Part shown: positions 1 through 10,582 of the stretch, in pieces
Layout of the letters: the number at the start of each line of letters is the position of its first letter
How positions within the stretch are numbered: the first letter of the stretch is position 1
Assembly (NCBI GenBank): GCA_963809485.1
Contig: CAWEJX010000007.1
Coordinates: 192,001 to 256,000 of the forward strand
Direction: 5' to 3'
From: an uncultured Acidobacteriota bacterium
Lineage (GTDB): Bacteria; Acidobacteriota; UBA6911
Length of the DNA: 64,000 nucleotides
Program-made: the position numbers and the translations under genes
Notes under the pieces: model-generated
The model's input: the letters and a program-made list of their open reading frames with translations, nothing else
Told to the model about the DNA's origin: nothing
Database searches by the model: none

Positions 1-2
1 AG

Positions 3-2144
3 TGGATCGGCATTACGTTTCTTGCCGTTTTCCCCCGCAGATTGTTCCATCGGCGCTGGATTTGGGCTTTGATCTGGCTCCCGGCTTTGGTGGTCATGCC
101 GGTGACCATAGTTGTATATCCCAATCCAATGCACACATTTTCCCGCTGGTGGCCGGATTGGTATGATGGCCTATGGAGGCTTTTCGTAATTGCTGCCACG
201 GCTGCACTGCCATGGGTCGCAATCCTAAATTATTGGCGCCTGCGGAATCCCGCTGAGAGGCGGCGGCTCCGCATTGTCCTGGCTGGTCTAACCGTTTCCG
301 CGATTGTCGCCATCTTGTTCCTTGCCCGATTGATTCTTCTTCCATGGGAACCTGTCAGGCGCGCAGTTGCCGGCACGCCGGCGGCTGTTTGGTTCGTGTT
401 TGCCTGCCTCTATGCGGCATTCCCGATCTCTATGGCCTACGCCATTCTTCGGCACCGGCTTTTCGACATTAGGGTGATGATCCGGCTGGCAGTGAAATAC
501 GCCGCCGCGCGCGGAGCCTTGCTTTCGCTTGTTCCCATAATTTCAGCAGTCTTCGCAGGCGACCTGCTTCTGCACGGAAATCAGCCGTTGATGCAAATCC
601 TCAGGGAGCGGGGCTGGATCTATGTTTTGCTTGCGATCGGCGGTTTTTTGCTGCACATTCGAAGGCGAGCCTGGCTTGATGCCCTTGACCGTCGCTTTTT
701 CCGCGAGCACTACAACGCCCAGGCGGTATTGCGATCCGTCGTCGATGAAGTCCGTGCAGCCCGCGACTTCCAGAAAGTGGCACCCCATGTAATTTCACAA
801 ATCCAAACTGCGCTGCATCCTGAGTTCGCCGCCCTGATGCTGCGGCGACCTGGAGATGATAGATATTCGTCCCTGACAGCATCGGACAAGTCACTTCCTG
901 CCGTCCCCGTTCATAGCAAACTGATGGCGTTGGTTCGCGTGGTTGGCAAACCCGTAGAGGTCCCGCCGAGCCAAACGGGCTGGCCCTGGAATCAATTGCC
1001 GGAGCAGGAGATCGAATACCTGCGCGGATCCCGCATCGAGTGGATTTTTCCCATCAGTCTTGCCGAGGATCGGACCGAAGCCTTGCTCGTAATGGGGCCG
1101 AAGCGATCAGAAGAACCCTACGCGCGCGAGGATCAGGAGTTGCTGCAGGCGATCACGGGCAACTTGGCCCTGTTGCTCGAAGAAGCGCCCGCCGCCCCGA
1201 TGCGAGAGGGATTTGAAGAATGTCCCGAGTGCGGGACCTGTTACGACTCGGGCTCCGGCAGATGTGCGAAGGAAGGAGCAAGGCTCATGCCGGCAACGTT
1301 TCCGCGGCTGCTGGACCAGCGCTACCGCCTTGAGCAGAGGCTCGGCGGAGGCGGCATGGGAACCGTCTACAAGGCATTCGACACGGAACTCGAGCGGCTC
1401 GTGGCCATCAAGATGATGCGTCCGGACCTGACGGCGAGCGCCGATGCAGCGGCACGGTTCAAGCGGGAGGCAAAAGCCGCGGCAAGCTTCTCGCATCCAA
1501 ACGTGGTAACCGTTTATGACTTCGGCGCGGCGGGGAACCGGCGGGCCTATCTGGTCATGGAGTTGCTGCACGGTTCGACTCTGAGGCAGGAACTAAAACG
1601 CTGCGGCCGTTTGCCTTCCCTGCGCGTGTCAGGCATTCTCGGCGGTGTCTGCACTGCCGTTGATGCGGCGCACCAGAAGAAGCTTTTGCATCGTGATCTC
1701 AAACCTGAGAACATTTTTCTCCTGAGTTCCCGCGGCATTGAAATTGCGAAAATCCTTGACTTCGGAGTTGCGAAATCGATCGCGCTCCCAACTGCAATCG
1801 AGACTGCGGACCAGACCGATGCGGGAATGCTTGTCGGCACCCTGATGTATATGTCGCCGGAACAGCTGCGCGGCGGGAAAGCGGCCGAGAGCTGGGACCT
1901 GTGGGCTCTGGCGGTCCTGGCATACGAAATGCTGGCGGGGAACCATCCGTTTGCTGGATCCACAACACAGGAAGTGCGCAGTTCCATCCTCGCCCGGAAT
2001 CTAACGCCCTTACGCACATACCTGCCGAAGGCCCCGCCAAGCTGGCAGCATTTCTTCGACAAGGCGCTCGCCGACAGAGTGGAGTCCCGCCCGAATTCCG
2101 CACTCCAACTGTTTGCAGGCTTTGAGAACTACCTCCGCTCTTGA
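3..2144 (+). CDS. Membrane-sensor Ser/Thr protein kinase (TM helices, GAF-like region, Zn-ribbon, C-terminal Hanks kinase); 5' partial
   Basis: Frame is open back to the window start. Several hydrophobic helices, CPECGTCY..C ribbon, and kinase motifs LGGGGMGTVY, VAIK, HRDLKPEN, DFG, YMSPE. Confidence 0.9.
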   Translation, partial: WIGITFLAVFPRRLFHRRWIWALIWLPALVVMPVTIVVYPNPMHTFSRWWPDWYDGLWRLFVIAATAALPWVAILNYWRLRNPAERRRLRIVLAGLTVSAIVAILFLARLILLPWEPVRRAVAGTPAAVWFVFACLYAAFPISMAYAILRHRLFDIRVMIRLAVKYAAARGALLSLVPIISAVFAGDLLLHGNQPLMQILRERGWIYVLLAIGGFLLHIRRRAWLDALDRRFFREHYNAQAVLRSVVDEVRAARDFQKVAPHVISQIQTALHPEFAALMLRRPGDDRYSSLTASDKSLPAVPVHSKLMALVRVVGKPVEVPPSQTGWPWNQLPEQEIEYLRGSRIEWIFPISLAEDRTEALLVMGPKRSEEPYAREDQELLQAITGNLALLLEEAPAAPMREGFEECPECGTCYDSGSGRCAKEGARLMPATFPRLLDQRYRLEQRLGGGGMGTVYKAFDTELERLVAIKMMRPDLTASADAAARFKREAKAAASFSHPNVVTVYDFGAAGNRRAYLVMELLHGSTLRQELKRCGRLPSLRVSGILGGVCTAVDAAHQKKLLHRDLKPENIFLLSSRGIEIAKILDFGVAKSIALPTAIETADQTDAGMLVGTLMYMSPEQLRGGKAAESWDLWALAVLAYEMLAGNHPFAGSTTQEVRSSILARNLTPLRTYLPKAPPSWQHFFDKALADRVESRPNSALQLFAGFENYLRS

Positions 2145-2360
2145 GCTTCCCTGCGGGATCGCTTGCGGCTGGGATGCCAGGAACTTTATGTATCGGCAAA
2201 CATGGGAACAGGCTATGCAATTCCCTAGTTCGGCACCAGAAGGGAAATAGGAAATTTCATAGCCTGTCTCAATAGTGGTTTCACCGATCTATATCCTCAA
2301 AATCCGTGAGATCAGTAGCTGCTTTTTGTTAATACATACAAGCTAGCGCTGCTTCAGATC

Positions 2361-3537
2361 GGTCCTTCCGTCATCTACTGTTGTTACGCTGCCATTTTCT
2401 GTTCTCTGACTCTACTTAAAGCTGCCTTTATGTAAATAAAAATGATCACAAAAGAATTCGCCGCTGCTCAGCCATGAATACCTCCCTGAAGCTGAGTCGT
2501 TTGGAGACTAATCCGGCCTGCATGGCCGGTGTCCGGACCTCGCGACCGAATTTCAGCGCCCTGTGAGGCCTGACGAAATTGTAATGGCAGCGAAGCAACT
2601 CGAGATGATCTTCGAGACGTTCCTTCCATCGTGCCTGACATATCGTCCGCCGGCAAAGATACGCCGAGCCCTGTCGGATCGTCAAATTCAGCCGTTCGAT
2701 AAAGTAGGTGTTCCGCTTCGAGGAATCCTCGGAGTTGCGCAATGCCTGTTCGAATCGCCAGGCAGCGCCGATCACGGCTCTTCGCTCAACTTTGATAACA
2801 CAATCGTTCCTGCGGGTTTTAATGACCTGGCCATACAAACACGCTTGCCCAAAGACACGGCGGACAACTTTCGCATAAAAAGCAAATCCGTCCGTGGCAA
2901 TTAGAGGGACACGCACCAGATTGGATTGACTGGAGATATCTCGAAAGAGGGTAAGTGTGTTTCGATAGCTTCGTCTTCAAACGACTGTTGAAGGCCAAAG
3001 CCGGGACCAGACCTCCATCGCGGCAAATATCAAAATCGGCTGTTCCTTGCCGCGGATGAAAGCACGAATCTCATCTGCCTGAAGCTTTGAGATGGCGACC
3101 CTATCAATTTTTTGATCGTTGAAACGTTGACAAGAAGCGGCTGCCTTTTCGAGCCAGCGATTGACGGTATTCCAAGCAATGCGCTTTACCCGGGCAATCG
3201 CGGACTTGTTCAGTCCCTCAACGCTGAGATTGACAACATCATCGAAAGCTGTGCGTCGGTGTTGGATTCGATGGCAGGGTGTTCCGGAATTGGAGCAGAA
3301 GGTCTTTCCACAAGTCTGGCATCGGTAACGACGACGCTTTCCCCACTTGGTTTTGTAGAATCCGTGGCCGATGATGTTTCCGGCTCTATTCGACCCGGAT
3401 CCTGCGCATTGCACGTTTGGACACCTGAGACCCATTATTGCTCCTCGACGATGAACTGATCGCCTGGAATTGAGTCTCAAATCATACTACGTGCATAAGT
3501 TGTGATTTTGTCACCAACAGTAGATTGCGGAAGTACC
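2361..3537 (-). mobile_element. IS1-family insertion sequence, copy 1 (~1.18 kb)
   Basis: Terminal inverted repeats GGTCCTTCCGTCATCTACTGTTG (2361-2383) and GGTACTTCCGCAATCTACTGTTG (reverse complement, 3515-3537). Homologous to 9364-10550. Confidence 0.85.
2446..3480 (-). pseudogene. IS1-family transposase with internal nonsense codon
   Basis: ORFs 2977-3480 and 2446-2916 are in the same frame, split by TGA at 2977-2979 where copy 2 has GGA. Zn-finger CP..C/YRCQTC, HTH, DDE-like QADE/TDG/IERLN. Confidence 0.85.
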
Positions 3538-3664
3538 TCGGCATGAGCGTCAAGGTCGTCCAGATATATCCCGGCAGGTGGAAGAAAACATCTTCGCAAC
3601 CAGTTAAGTTTCTTCAGGAGGCCGCATCCGAAGGGTGGCCAAGTATGTCACCGCCAAAGCAAGG

Positions 3665-3859
3665 CTATTGGATAACTTCCTTGACTCGTCCAACGATTCC
3701 GTTGTTGAGCATGACCTTGATGCCGTGAGGATGGTGAGGGGAGTTGGTAAGTATTCTTTGAACGATTCCTTCTGTGAGTTTCCCGCTGGGCTGGTTCTGC
3801 TTTTCAACCACGCGCACCTTCATTCCAGGTTGGATCTGAGATCGAGTTTGGCCATTCAT
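3665..3859 (-). CDS. YwbE-family (DUF2196) small protein
   Basis: MNGQTRSQIQPGMKV..KLTEGIVQRILTNSPHHPHGIKVML..G.VGRV matches the YwbE pattern. Confidence 0.85.
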   Translation of the reverse strand: MNGQTRSQIQPGMKVRVVEKQNQPSGKLTEGIVQRILTNSPHHPHGIKVMLNNGIVGRVKEVIQ

Positions 3860-3939
3860 GATTTCATTATGGCCCAAGGCTCCGTGACATGCATCGGTAA
3901 ATCACAATGGATCGGTAATAACTAAACCGCAATGCCGAC

Positions 3940-3963
3940 TGGAACTCCAGTGGAACCCCAGAA
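3940..3963. repeat. Tandem 11-bp repeats, putative integrase arm-type sites
   Basis: TGGAACTCCAG-TGGAACCCCAG next to the att copy. Related pairs at 10747-10768 and 21326-21347. Confidence 0.6.
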
Positions 3964-4006
3964 GGATTTTGAGTTTTTGTGGATTTCCGTAAGTCTTTTG
4001 TTTTAT

Positions 4007-4052
4007 TGGTGGAGCTGGCGGGGATCGAACCCGCGACCTCCTGACCGCCAGT
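4007..4052 (-). mobile_element. att site: duplicated 3' half of tRNA-Ala(GGC)
   Basis: TGGTGGAGCTGGCGGGGATCGAACCCGCGACCTCCTGACCGCCAGT matches 21402-21447 with 3 differences. Confidence 0.9.
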
Positions 4053-4528
4053 TTTTAACCAAGTGTTGAGCCCATTGAATTTACAGGACTTAACCCGGCA
4101 CAGAGCGGCAAAAAAACACAACAAATGCAACCCAGGCGCAACCAAGTGGGGGGGAGGTCCGAGACCTTGCCAGGGTAGGGCCCCATTCAACATATGCACA
4201 ATCGCAATTTTTTTGGCTCTTATTCCGCGTGTGGCAACTGGCGACACGCGGGATTCTCAAATTATTGACATGAGGACGGCTTGCATTATTACAACCAGAT
4301 TAGGTAATTAGAAGATTCAGATTTACATCCCGATCGCCTCATGACCAAGGGGCTTGCAGGCGGGCATATCAGCATAATAATGCAGCCAATTTAACCCAAT
4401 TTTGCTCTTGACCGATTATTTCCCAGAACGCGACTTGAACGTAGCCGCTGCGCGGCGGACGCTTCGCGTCTTTACACGAACATGGAGGTGAAGAATGACG
4501 ATATCGTGAGTCATACAAGGAGAAAACC

Positions 4529-5395
4529 ATGACTCATTTAAGAACGATTACGATCGAAGAACTCGTGCGACGGAACTATTCCGACGCCACGCGTGAATGC
4601 TACATCCGAGGCATCGAAGATTTTGCATTATATTTCAACTGCCCTCCAGACAAATTAGGCCTGGAACACATCCGGCACTACCAAGCACACCTGTTCACTG
4701 ACAAGAAACTATCTCCTAACACGGTCAACCAGCGCCTTGCTGCCCTGCGTTTCTTCTTCGTAAAGACCCTGCATCGGCCATGGAACACGGCAGAAACTCC
4801 TTATCCAAAAAGAGTGATCAGTTTGCCGCACATATTGAGCCCTGAAGAAGTCGGTCTTCTGATCGAATCCGCTGATCTCCCGTTTCACCGTGTAATACTG
4901 ATGACGTTGTATGCCACCGGAGTGCGGCGTGCTGAGCTGGCAAATATGCGAATTAGCGACATTGACAGCAAAAGAATGGTCATTAGAGTCCGCGGCAAAG
5001 GACTGAAAGATCGCGAGGTGATGCTCAGCAAGGTGTTGTACGAAGCGCTGCGCGAACATTGGAAACAACACCGACCAAAAGAGTGGCTGTTTCCGGGAGG
5101 AAGACATCATACATCCTCAACCCCGATCACGACTAAAGTCCCATGGCAGGCGTGTCTGCGAGCCGCGAAACGATGCGGGCTTGTAAAGAAGGTCCACCCG
5201 CATGTTTTACGGCATTGCTTCGCCACTCATTTGCTCGATGCCGGTACGGATTTGCGTACCATTCAGAAATTGCTGGGGCACAGCAGCCTTGAACAAACGG
5301 CGCGCTATCTTCACGTATCAAAACTGCATTTGAGCGCAGCCGTTAGTCCGCTCGATGCTTTGTTTCCAAATAAAACAACCAATCCGAACGAATAA
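4529..5395 (+). CDS. Tyrosine recombinase/integrase (SAM-like N-domain) associated with IS91-type transposase
   Basis: YATGVRRAE, GKG, HVLRHCFATH, LLGH..T.RY catalytic motifs. RBS AAGGAG. Confidence 0.92.
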   Translation: MTHLRTITIEELVRRNYSDATRECYIRGIEDFALYFNCPPDKLGLEHIRHYQAHLFTDKKLSPNTVNQRLAALRFFFVKTLHRPWNTAETPYPKRVISLPHILSPEEVGLLIESADLPFHRVILMTLYATGVRRAELANMRISDIDSKRMVIRVRGKGLKDREVMLSKVLYEALREHWKQHRPKEWLFPGGRHHTSSTPITTKVPWQACLRAAKRCGLVKKVHPHVLRHCFATHLLDAGTDLRTIQKLLGHSSLEQTARYLHVSKLHLSAAVSPLDALFPNKTTNPNE

Positions 5396-6607
5396 ATGGA
5401 CCGGCCGCCAATCGAGGTGGCCGATATTGTCCGCGCCGTTGGAAAAAGCTTCGTCGAAAATAGCCGCGACTGGATCACAGGGCAGCACTTAAAAGTCCTG
5501 AGAGCGATCGAGCGCTGCCGCACGGCTGATCTCGGCTATCACTTGGATGAGTGCACGAATACGGAATGCGGATATTCCGGCTACTCCTACAACTCATGTG
5601 CCAATAGGCATTGTCCTAAATGCCAGGCCAACGCCCGCCGTCGTTGGATCAATGGACGGAAGAAAGAGCTTCTTCCAGTTCCCTATGCGCATGCTGTATT
5701 TACAGTGCCGCCTCTTTTGGCTCAACTCGCATTGCAAAACAAGAAGCTCATCTACGCAATGCTGCTTCGGCTCAGCGCTGAAACGCTGATTGAGGTCGCC
5801 CGCAATCCCAAATTCCTGGGAGCGGAGATTGGCTTCTTCAGCGTGCTTCATACTTGGACTCAGCAATTGAAGCATCATCCACATGTTCACTGCGTAGTTC
5901 CTGCCGGTGGATTATCGTTTGATCATCAGCGCTGGGTTCCTGCGGATCCGCGCTACCGGTTCTTTCTGCCGAAGGGGGCACTGCGGAAGGTTTTTCGGGG
6001 AAAGGTCAGGGAGGCCCTCGAAGAAGCTTTTGCTAAAGGGGAAATCGGCTTTTACGGAAAGCTGAAGCATCTTTCAGATCCGAAGACGTTTCATTCCTTC
6101 ATCCGCGACCTCCACCGTAACCAATGGGTTGTTCACTGCAAGCGGCCATTCGGCGGGCCGGAGCAGGTTCTCAAGTATCTCGGCCGCTACACTCATCGAG
6201 TAGCCATTTCCAACCATCGCCTGGTTTCTTTCGAGAATGGAGAGGTTACATTCACATGGAGGGACCGCGCGCATGGAAACATCGAAAAAAAGATGCCATT
6301 ACCCGCAGAGCAATTCCTGCGTCGCTTTCTGCTCCATCTGCTTCCAAGGGGTTTTGTACGCATTCGCAATTTCGGCTTTCTTGCGAGTCGGCACCGGAGT
6401 CGTTTACTGCCGCTTTGTTTCCAGTGTCTCGGATCTGATCCCAATGCACTCCCAAACGAAGCTCAGCCGGAAGATACAAACGGTCTTTGGAAGTGTCCGA
6501 AATGCGGCGGCCCTATGATCGTGGTTTTGCGAGTCAATGCTCCAAAGTGGCGTCCGCGGCCGCCGCCAGTTTCATTCGTTTGGGGATCCGAATCCAAATC
6601 CCAGTAA
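5396..6607 (+). CDS. IS91-family (Y2, HUH) transposase with N-terminal Zn-binding domain
   Basis: CRT..LG..C..C, YNSCANRHCPKC, HPHVH (HUH), YLGRY (Y2), RIRNFGFLA. Starts immediately after the recombinase stop. Confidence 0.92.
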   Translation: MDRPPIEVADIVRAVGKSFVENSRDWITGQHLKVLRAIERCRTADLGYHLDECTNTECGYSGYSYNSCANRHCPKCQANARRRWINGRKKELLPVPYAHAVFTVPPLLAQLALQNKKLIYAMLLRLSAETLIEVARNPKFLGAEIGFFSVLHTWTQQLKHHPHVHCVVPAGGLSFDHQRWVPADPRYRFFLPKGALRKVFRGKVREALEEAFAKGEIGFYGKLKHLSDPKTFHSFIRDLHRNQWVVHCKRPFGGPEQVLKYLGRYTHRVAISNHRLVSFENGEVTFTWRDRAHGNIEKKMPLPAEQFLRRFLLHLLPRGFVRIRNFGFLASRHRSRLLPLCFQCLGSDPNALPNEAQPEDTNGLWKCPKCGGPMIVVLRVNAPKWRPRPPPVSFVWGSESKSQ

Positions 6608-7459
6608 TGCAAGAGACGGCATTCGTCTGCCTTGAAGAAGGAAATATCATTCTTATGCAGCATTTATGGAAACATTTCAGATGAAAAAACATCGCAGCAG
6701 CAGCTTTTCCCGCTCATTTCCTCAGCGCCACGATTCAATTCGGCAGCCTTCCGGCAGCTTTCATACTATTGAAAGTACATACCCACAGTTGCTTTAGGTC
6801 CACCTGCCGCCGCTTCGCCGTCAACCTTCAAGTCGTTTTATCGAAAGCGCACGCGAATCGTGGCTGGAGCTATGTTATTTTGTGTCGTGAGTGCGCTTCC
6901 GATAAAACCTAGGACTTCGGGACAATGACAACCTTGGGACGCTCAGCGCTGACATACCGGCCAGTGGTTGGGACTGCAGCAATGTTAAGGGCCGATCGGC
7001 GGGATCTGTCTGTCCGGCATCCATTTCTGGGCGTATCGTCCTGTTAAAGCAGCTTGAGTGTGGTGCAGGTTGCAGGATCCACGAGGTACCACTTTCCGCC
7101 GCTCTTTATATGGCGCGAGAGCATTTCTCCCGAACCGTCCGCAGGCCGCCAAAACATCAATCCTACGGCCACGTTTCCTTGGACGCTTGGTTGGCGGATC
7201 ACCAATCCGGACACTCCCGAGGAAATAGCTTCGTGGTAGAATTGACCGGGGTGGCCGCGGTACAGATTTAGGCATGTCTCTTCGCCAAAGGAAACCGAAT
7301 GTATTTGCGAACAGGATCGGTCCCGATAACGTGCCGTGCTTTTGGAATATCCAGTTGCTCACGGCTTGCGGCGGTAGGGGAGGTACCGAGAGGCTGGCCG
7401 CCGACCCCTCCGGCGGTCGCCTATTCTTTACACCAACTCACTCATGGAGGACTTAGACG

Positions 7460-7846
7460 ATGAAAACTCTACAATTGGCACTTCTGGCGGTATTTCTGGT
7501 AGCCGGCGTTTCTGTTGTCTCTTTGAATGCTGCAGATGACCCCTTAAACGGCACCTGGGCGGGCGATTGGGGACCGAGTGTGACTGACCGCAATCAGGTC
7601 ACTGTTGAGCTGAAATGGGATGGAAAGAACCTAACCGGAACCGTTAATCCCGGTGCGAATGCAGTCGAGCTCAAAAAAGCCACCTTTGATCCCAAAACAG
7701 ATGCCATTCACTTTGAGGCTGATGCAACAAACCGCAGAGGAAATCAGATCCACTACGTGATCGACGGGAAGGTTGAGGGCGGCACGATGACGGGCACTTG
7801 GAAACACGATAATCGAAACGGCGATTTTAAGATTACGAAGAAGTAG
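7460..7846 (+). CDS. Secreted small beta-rich hypothetical protein
   Basis: RBS GGAGG, signal peptide, GTWAGDW and G..TGTW lipocalin-like strands. Confidence 0.8.
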   Translation: MKTLQLALLAVFLVAGVSVVSLNAADDPLNGTWAGDWGPSVTDRNQVTVELKWDGKNLTGTVNPGANAVELKKATFDPKTDAIHFEADATNRRGNQIHYVIDGKVEGGTMTGTWKHDNRNGDFKITKK

Positions 7847-8436
7847 CGGCGGCTTGGAAGGTCTCCGGATGTATTACGGTTCTGCTTCAAAGGCACCGGC
7901 CAGGATTTGATCTACAGCCTTGCGCCGGTGCCGAATTCCCGCTCGCACTATGACGCAGGTCCGCCGGCTGCCAGGAATCATCGCGGGCATAGTTTCCCAG
8001 ATCGGACTTCTGGCCCGGAATTATGGCCGAACCGCTCTCGCCACTTCACCCGCATCCGTTTCTTCAGTTCTTCAAACTGGTTCAGAACGATGTTGATCCG
8101 CTGGAGCACTGACAAACTATTGATCAAGACCCTCATTGGCATCAACAGTGAATGGGCTCAGTCTTTGCGTTGAACTCCTGAGCAAAAACGACACCCCACA
8201 ATAGTTATACAGAACGTCCGATTTCCATTTTTTCATGTGGGGCGGCTCTGGAGAGCCGCCCCACATGAAAGCTTGGGTCAGGCGCTATCCGAGCCGGGAT
8301 GGCAACGATCAGTCCTTGGTGCCCCATTGCAATATGAGCATTCATTTATGACGCTCTGTATAGTATTAATAAAAGATGCAAGTTCTTATGAATTTTGTTA
8401 TAAAACAGCTCGACATCAAGGAACTAGGGGGAGAGT

Positions 8437-9282
8437 ATGGACACAATCAGTATGGGGCACCTGGCACAGCAGGGATATGCGCTGTTGATTACGTTCGGCA
8501 TCAAGATTCTAGAAGCCTTTGCGCTGTGGATCGTGGGCCGCTGGCTGATCCGATTTTCCATCCGCCTGATCGGCCGTGCTATGACAAGGCAGAAAATCGA
8601 TCCAACCTTGATTCGCTACATCAATAACACGATCACAAGCATTCTGACTATTGTGCTGGTGGTTGCGATCCTGGGCTTCTTCGGGGTCGAGACGACAAGC
8701 TTCGCTGCACTACTCGCAGCTGCCGGCGTAGCCATCGGCATGGCGTGGAGCGGATTGCTAAGCAATTTCGCCGCTGGGGTGTTCCTCATTATTCTGCGCC
8801 CATTCAAAACAGGAGACTTCGTGGTGGCCGGTGGAGTTACGGGCACGGTGGAAGAGGTTGGGCTTTTCGTGACCTCGATCAACGCTCCTGACAATATCCG
8901 GAACATTGTCGGAAATGGCAAGATTTTCGGCGACGTCATCCAAAACTTCTCGACAAACGCATTTCGCCGCGTCGATTTGACTGCACAACTGTCGCACGGA
9001 GTAGATCCGCACCAGGCGATAGCTGTCCTGAAGGCTGGGCTTGTGAGTATTCCAAACGTGTTGGCCGATCCAGCACCTAGCGTCGAGATCCTGACCTTCA
9101 GCCTGGCTGGCCCGATGTTGGCGGTACGTCCGTTCTGCAAAAACCAGGATTACTGGCAAGTGTATTTCGACACCAACATGCTGATTAAGGATTCATTTAC
9201 GACGGCAGGGTTTTCGGTTCCTGAACAGCACTATATGGTTCGCACTGCAGCTCCCGGTGCAATCGCAGCGTCGCATTCCTAG
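8437..9282 (+). CDS. mscS: Small-conductance mechanosensitive channel
   Basis: Three TM segments; AAGVAIGMA..LLSNFAAGV.I...RPFKTGDFV; GTVEEVGLF. Confidence 0.92.
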   Translation: MDTISMGHLAQQGYALLITFGIKILEAFALWIVGRWLIRFSIRLIGRAMTRQKIDPTLIRYINNTITSILTIVLVVAILGFFGVETTSFAALLAAAGVAIGMAWSGLLSNFAAGVFLIILRPFKTGDFVVAGGVTGTVEEVGLFVTSINAPDNIRNIVGNGKIFGDVIQNFSTNAFRRVDLTAQLSHGVDPHQAIAVLKAGLVSIPNVLADPAPSVEILTFSLAGPMLAVRPFCKNQDYWQVYFDTNMLIKDSFTTAGFSVPEQHYMVRTAAPGAIAASHS

Positions 9283-9363
9283 TATCTCCCGAATTGCGCG
9301 GGACGTGCCGCTCGCGAACACAATGGACAACCCGTTTTTCGGCGTTACGCAAGCGAACAGACT

Positions 9364-10550
9364 GGTGCTTCAGCCGTCGACTGTTGGCAGCGCGACCGTA
9401 ACTCCCACACATGATATAGTTTGAGACTCAATTCCATGCAATCAGTTCCATCATTGACACGGTTCAAAAACAATGAAGAGTCTCAGCTGCCCAAACAGGG
9501 AATGTCCACTGGCGGGAAAAGCCGCTTTCGGAAACATCATCGGCCACGGATTCTACAAAACCAAGCGGGGTCGTCGTCGTCGATATCGTTGCGGCACTTG
9601 CGGCAAAACTTTCTGCTCCAATTCCGGAACACCCTACCATCGAATCCAACACCGACGCACAACTTTCGATGATGTTGTCAATCTCAGCGTTGAGGGACTG
9701 AACAAGTCCGCGATTGCCCGGGTAAAGCGCATTGCTTGGAATACCGTCAATCGCTGGCTCGAAAAGGCAGCCGCTTCTTGTCAACGTTTCAACGATCAAA
9801 AAATTGATAGGGTCGCCATCTCACAGCTTCAGGCAGATGAGATTCGTACTTTCATCCGCGGCAAGGAACAGCCGATTTGGATCTTTGCCGCGATTGAGGT
9901 CTGGTCCCGGCTTGAGCCTTCAACAGTCGTTGGAAGACGAAGCTATCGAAACACACTTACCCTCTTTCGAGATATCTCCAGTCGATCAAATCTGGAGCTT
10001 GTCCCTCTAATTGCCAAGGACGGATCTGCTTTTATACGAAAGTTGTCCGCCGTGTCTTTGGGCAAGCGTGTTTGTATGGCCAGGTCATTAAGACCCGCAG
10101 AAACGATTGTGTTATCAAGGTTGAGCGAAGAGCCGTGATCGGCGCGGCCTGGTGATTCGAACAGGCATTGCGCGACTCCCAGGATTCCTCGAAGCGGAAC
10201 ACATCCTTTATCGAACGGCTGAATCTGACGATCCGACAGGGCTCTGCGTATCTTTGCCGGCGGACGATATGTCAGGCACGATGGCAGGAACGTCTCGAAG
10301 ATCATCTCGAGTTGCTTCGCTGCTATTACAATTTCGTCAGGCCTCACAGGGCGCTCAAATTCGGACTCGAGGTCCGGACACCGGCCATGCAGGCCGGATT
10401 GGTCTCCAAACGACTCAGCTTCAGGGAGGTAATCATGGCTGATCAGCGGCGAATTCTTTTTGTGATCATTTTTATTTACGTAAAGGCAGCTTTAAGTAGA
10501 GTCAGAGAACAGAAAATGGCAGCGTAACAACAGTAGATAACGGAAGGACC
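9364..10550 (+). mobile_element. IS1-family insertion sequence, copy 2 (inverted relative to copy 1)
   Basis: IRL GGTGCTTCAGCCGTCGACTGTTG; IRR ending CAACAGTAGATAACGGAAGGACC. Near-identical body to copy 1. Confidence 0.85.
9473..10527 (+). pseudogene. IS1-family transposase, frameshifted and with nonsense codon
   Basis: T4 instead of T5 at about 10030 versus copy 1. TGA at 10152-10154 where copy 1 has CGA. Confidence 0.85.
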
Positions 10551-10582
10551 ATCGAACCCGCGACCTCCTGACTGCCAGTCAG
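10551..10582 (-). mobile_element. Truncated att site (tRNA-Ala fragment) abutting IS1 end
   Basis: ATCGAACCCGCGACCTCCTGACTGCCAGTCAG matches the tRNA T-loop to anticodon arm. The acceptor/CCA part is missing at the IS junction. Confidence 0.88.

Larger units (their letters stand above)
4310..6910 (+). mobile_element. IS91-like element carrying recombinase + Y2 transposase (ends approximate)
   Basis: Gene pair, followed by oriIS-like ATTGAAAGTACATA (6768-6781) and an 18-bp inverted repeat 6835-6852/6891-6908. Left end is not defined precisely. Confidence 0.6.

Noticed and set aside
4007-4052. Second tRNA gene
   Set aside because: Only the 3' half is present (no D-arm or 5' acceptor strand); it is an att duplication.
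7341-7358. Sigma54 promoter TGGAAT...TTGCT
   Set aside because: GG-GC spacing is 11 nt rather than the required 10.
2977-10154. TGA readthrough or alternative genetic code in the IS1 transposases
   Set aside because: The stops are at different codons in the two copies (GGA>TGA, CGA>TGA), and TGA terminates many intact genes here.
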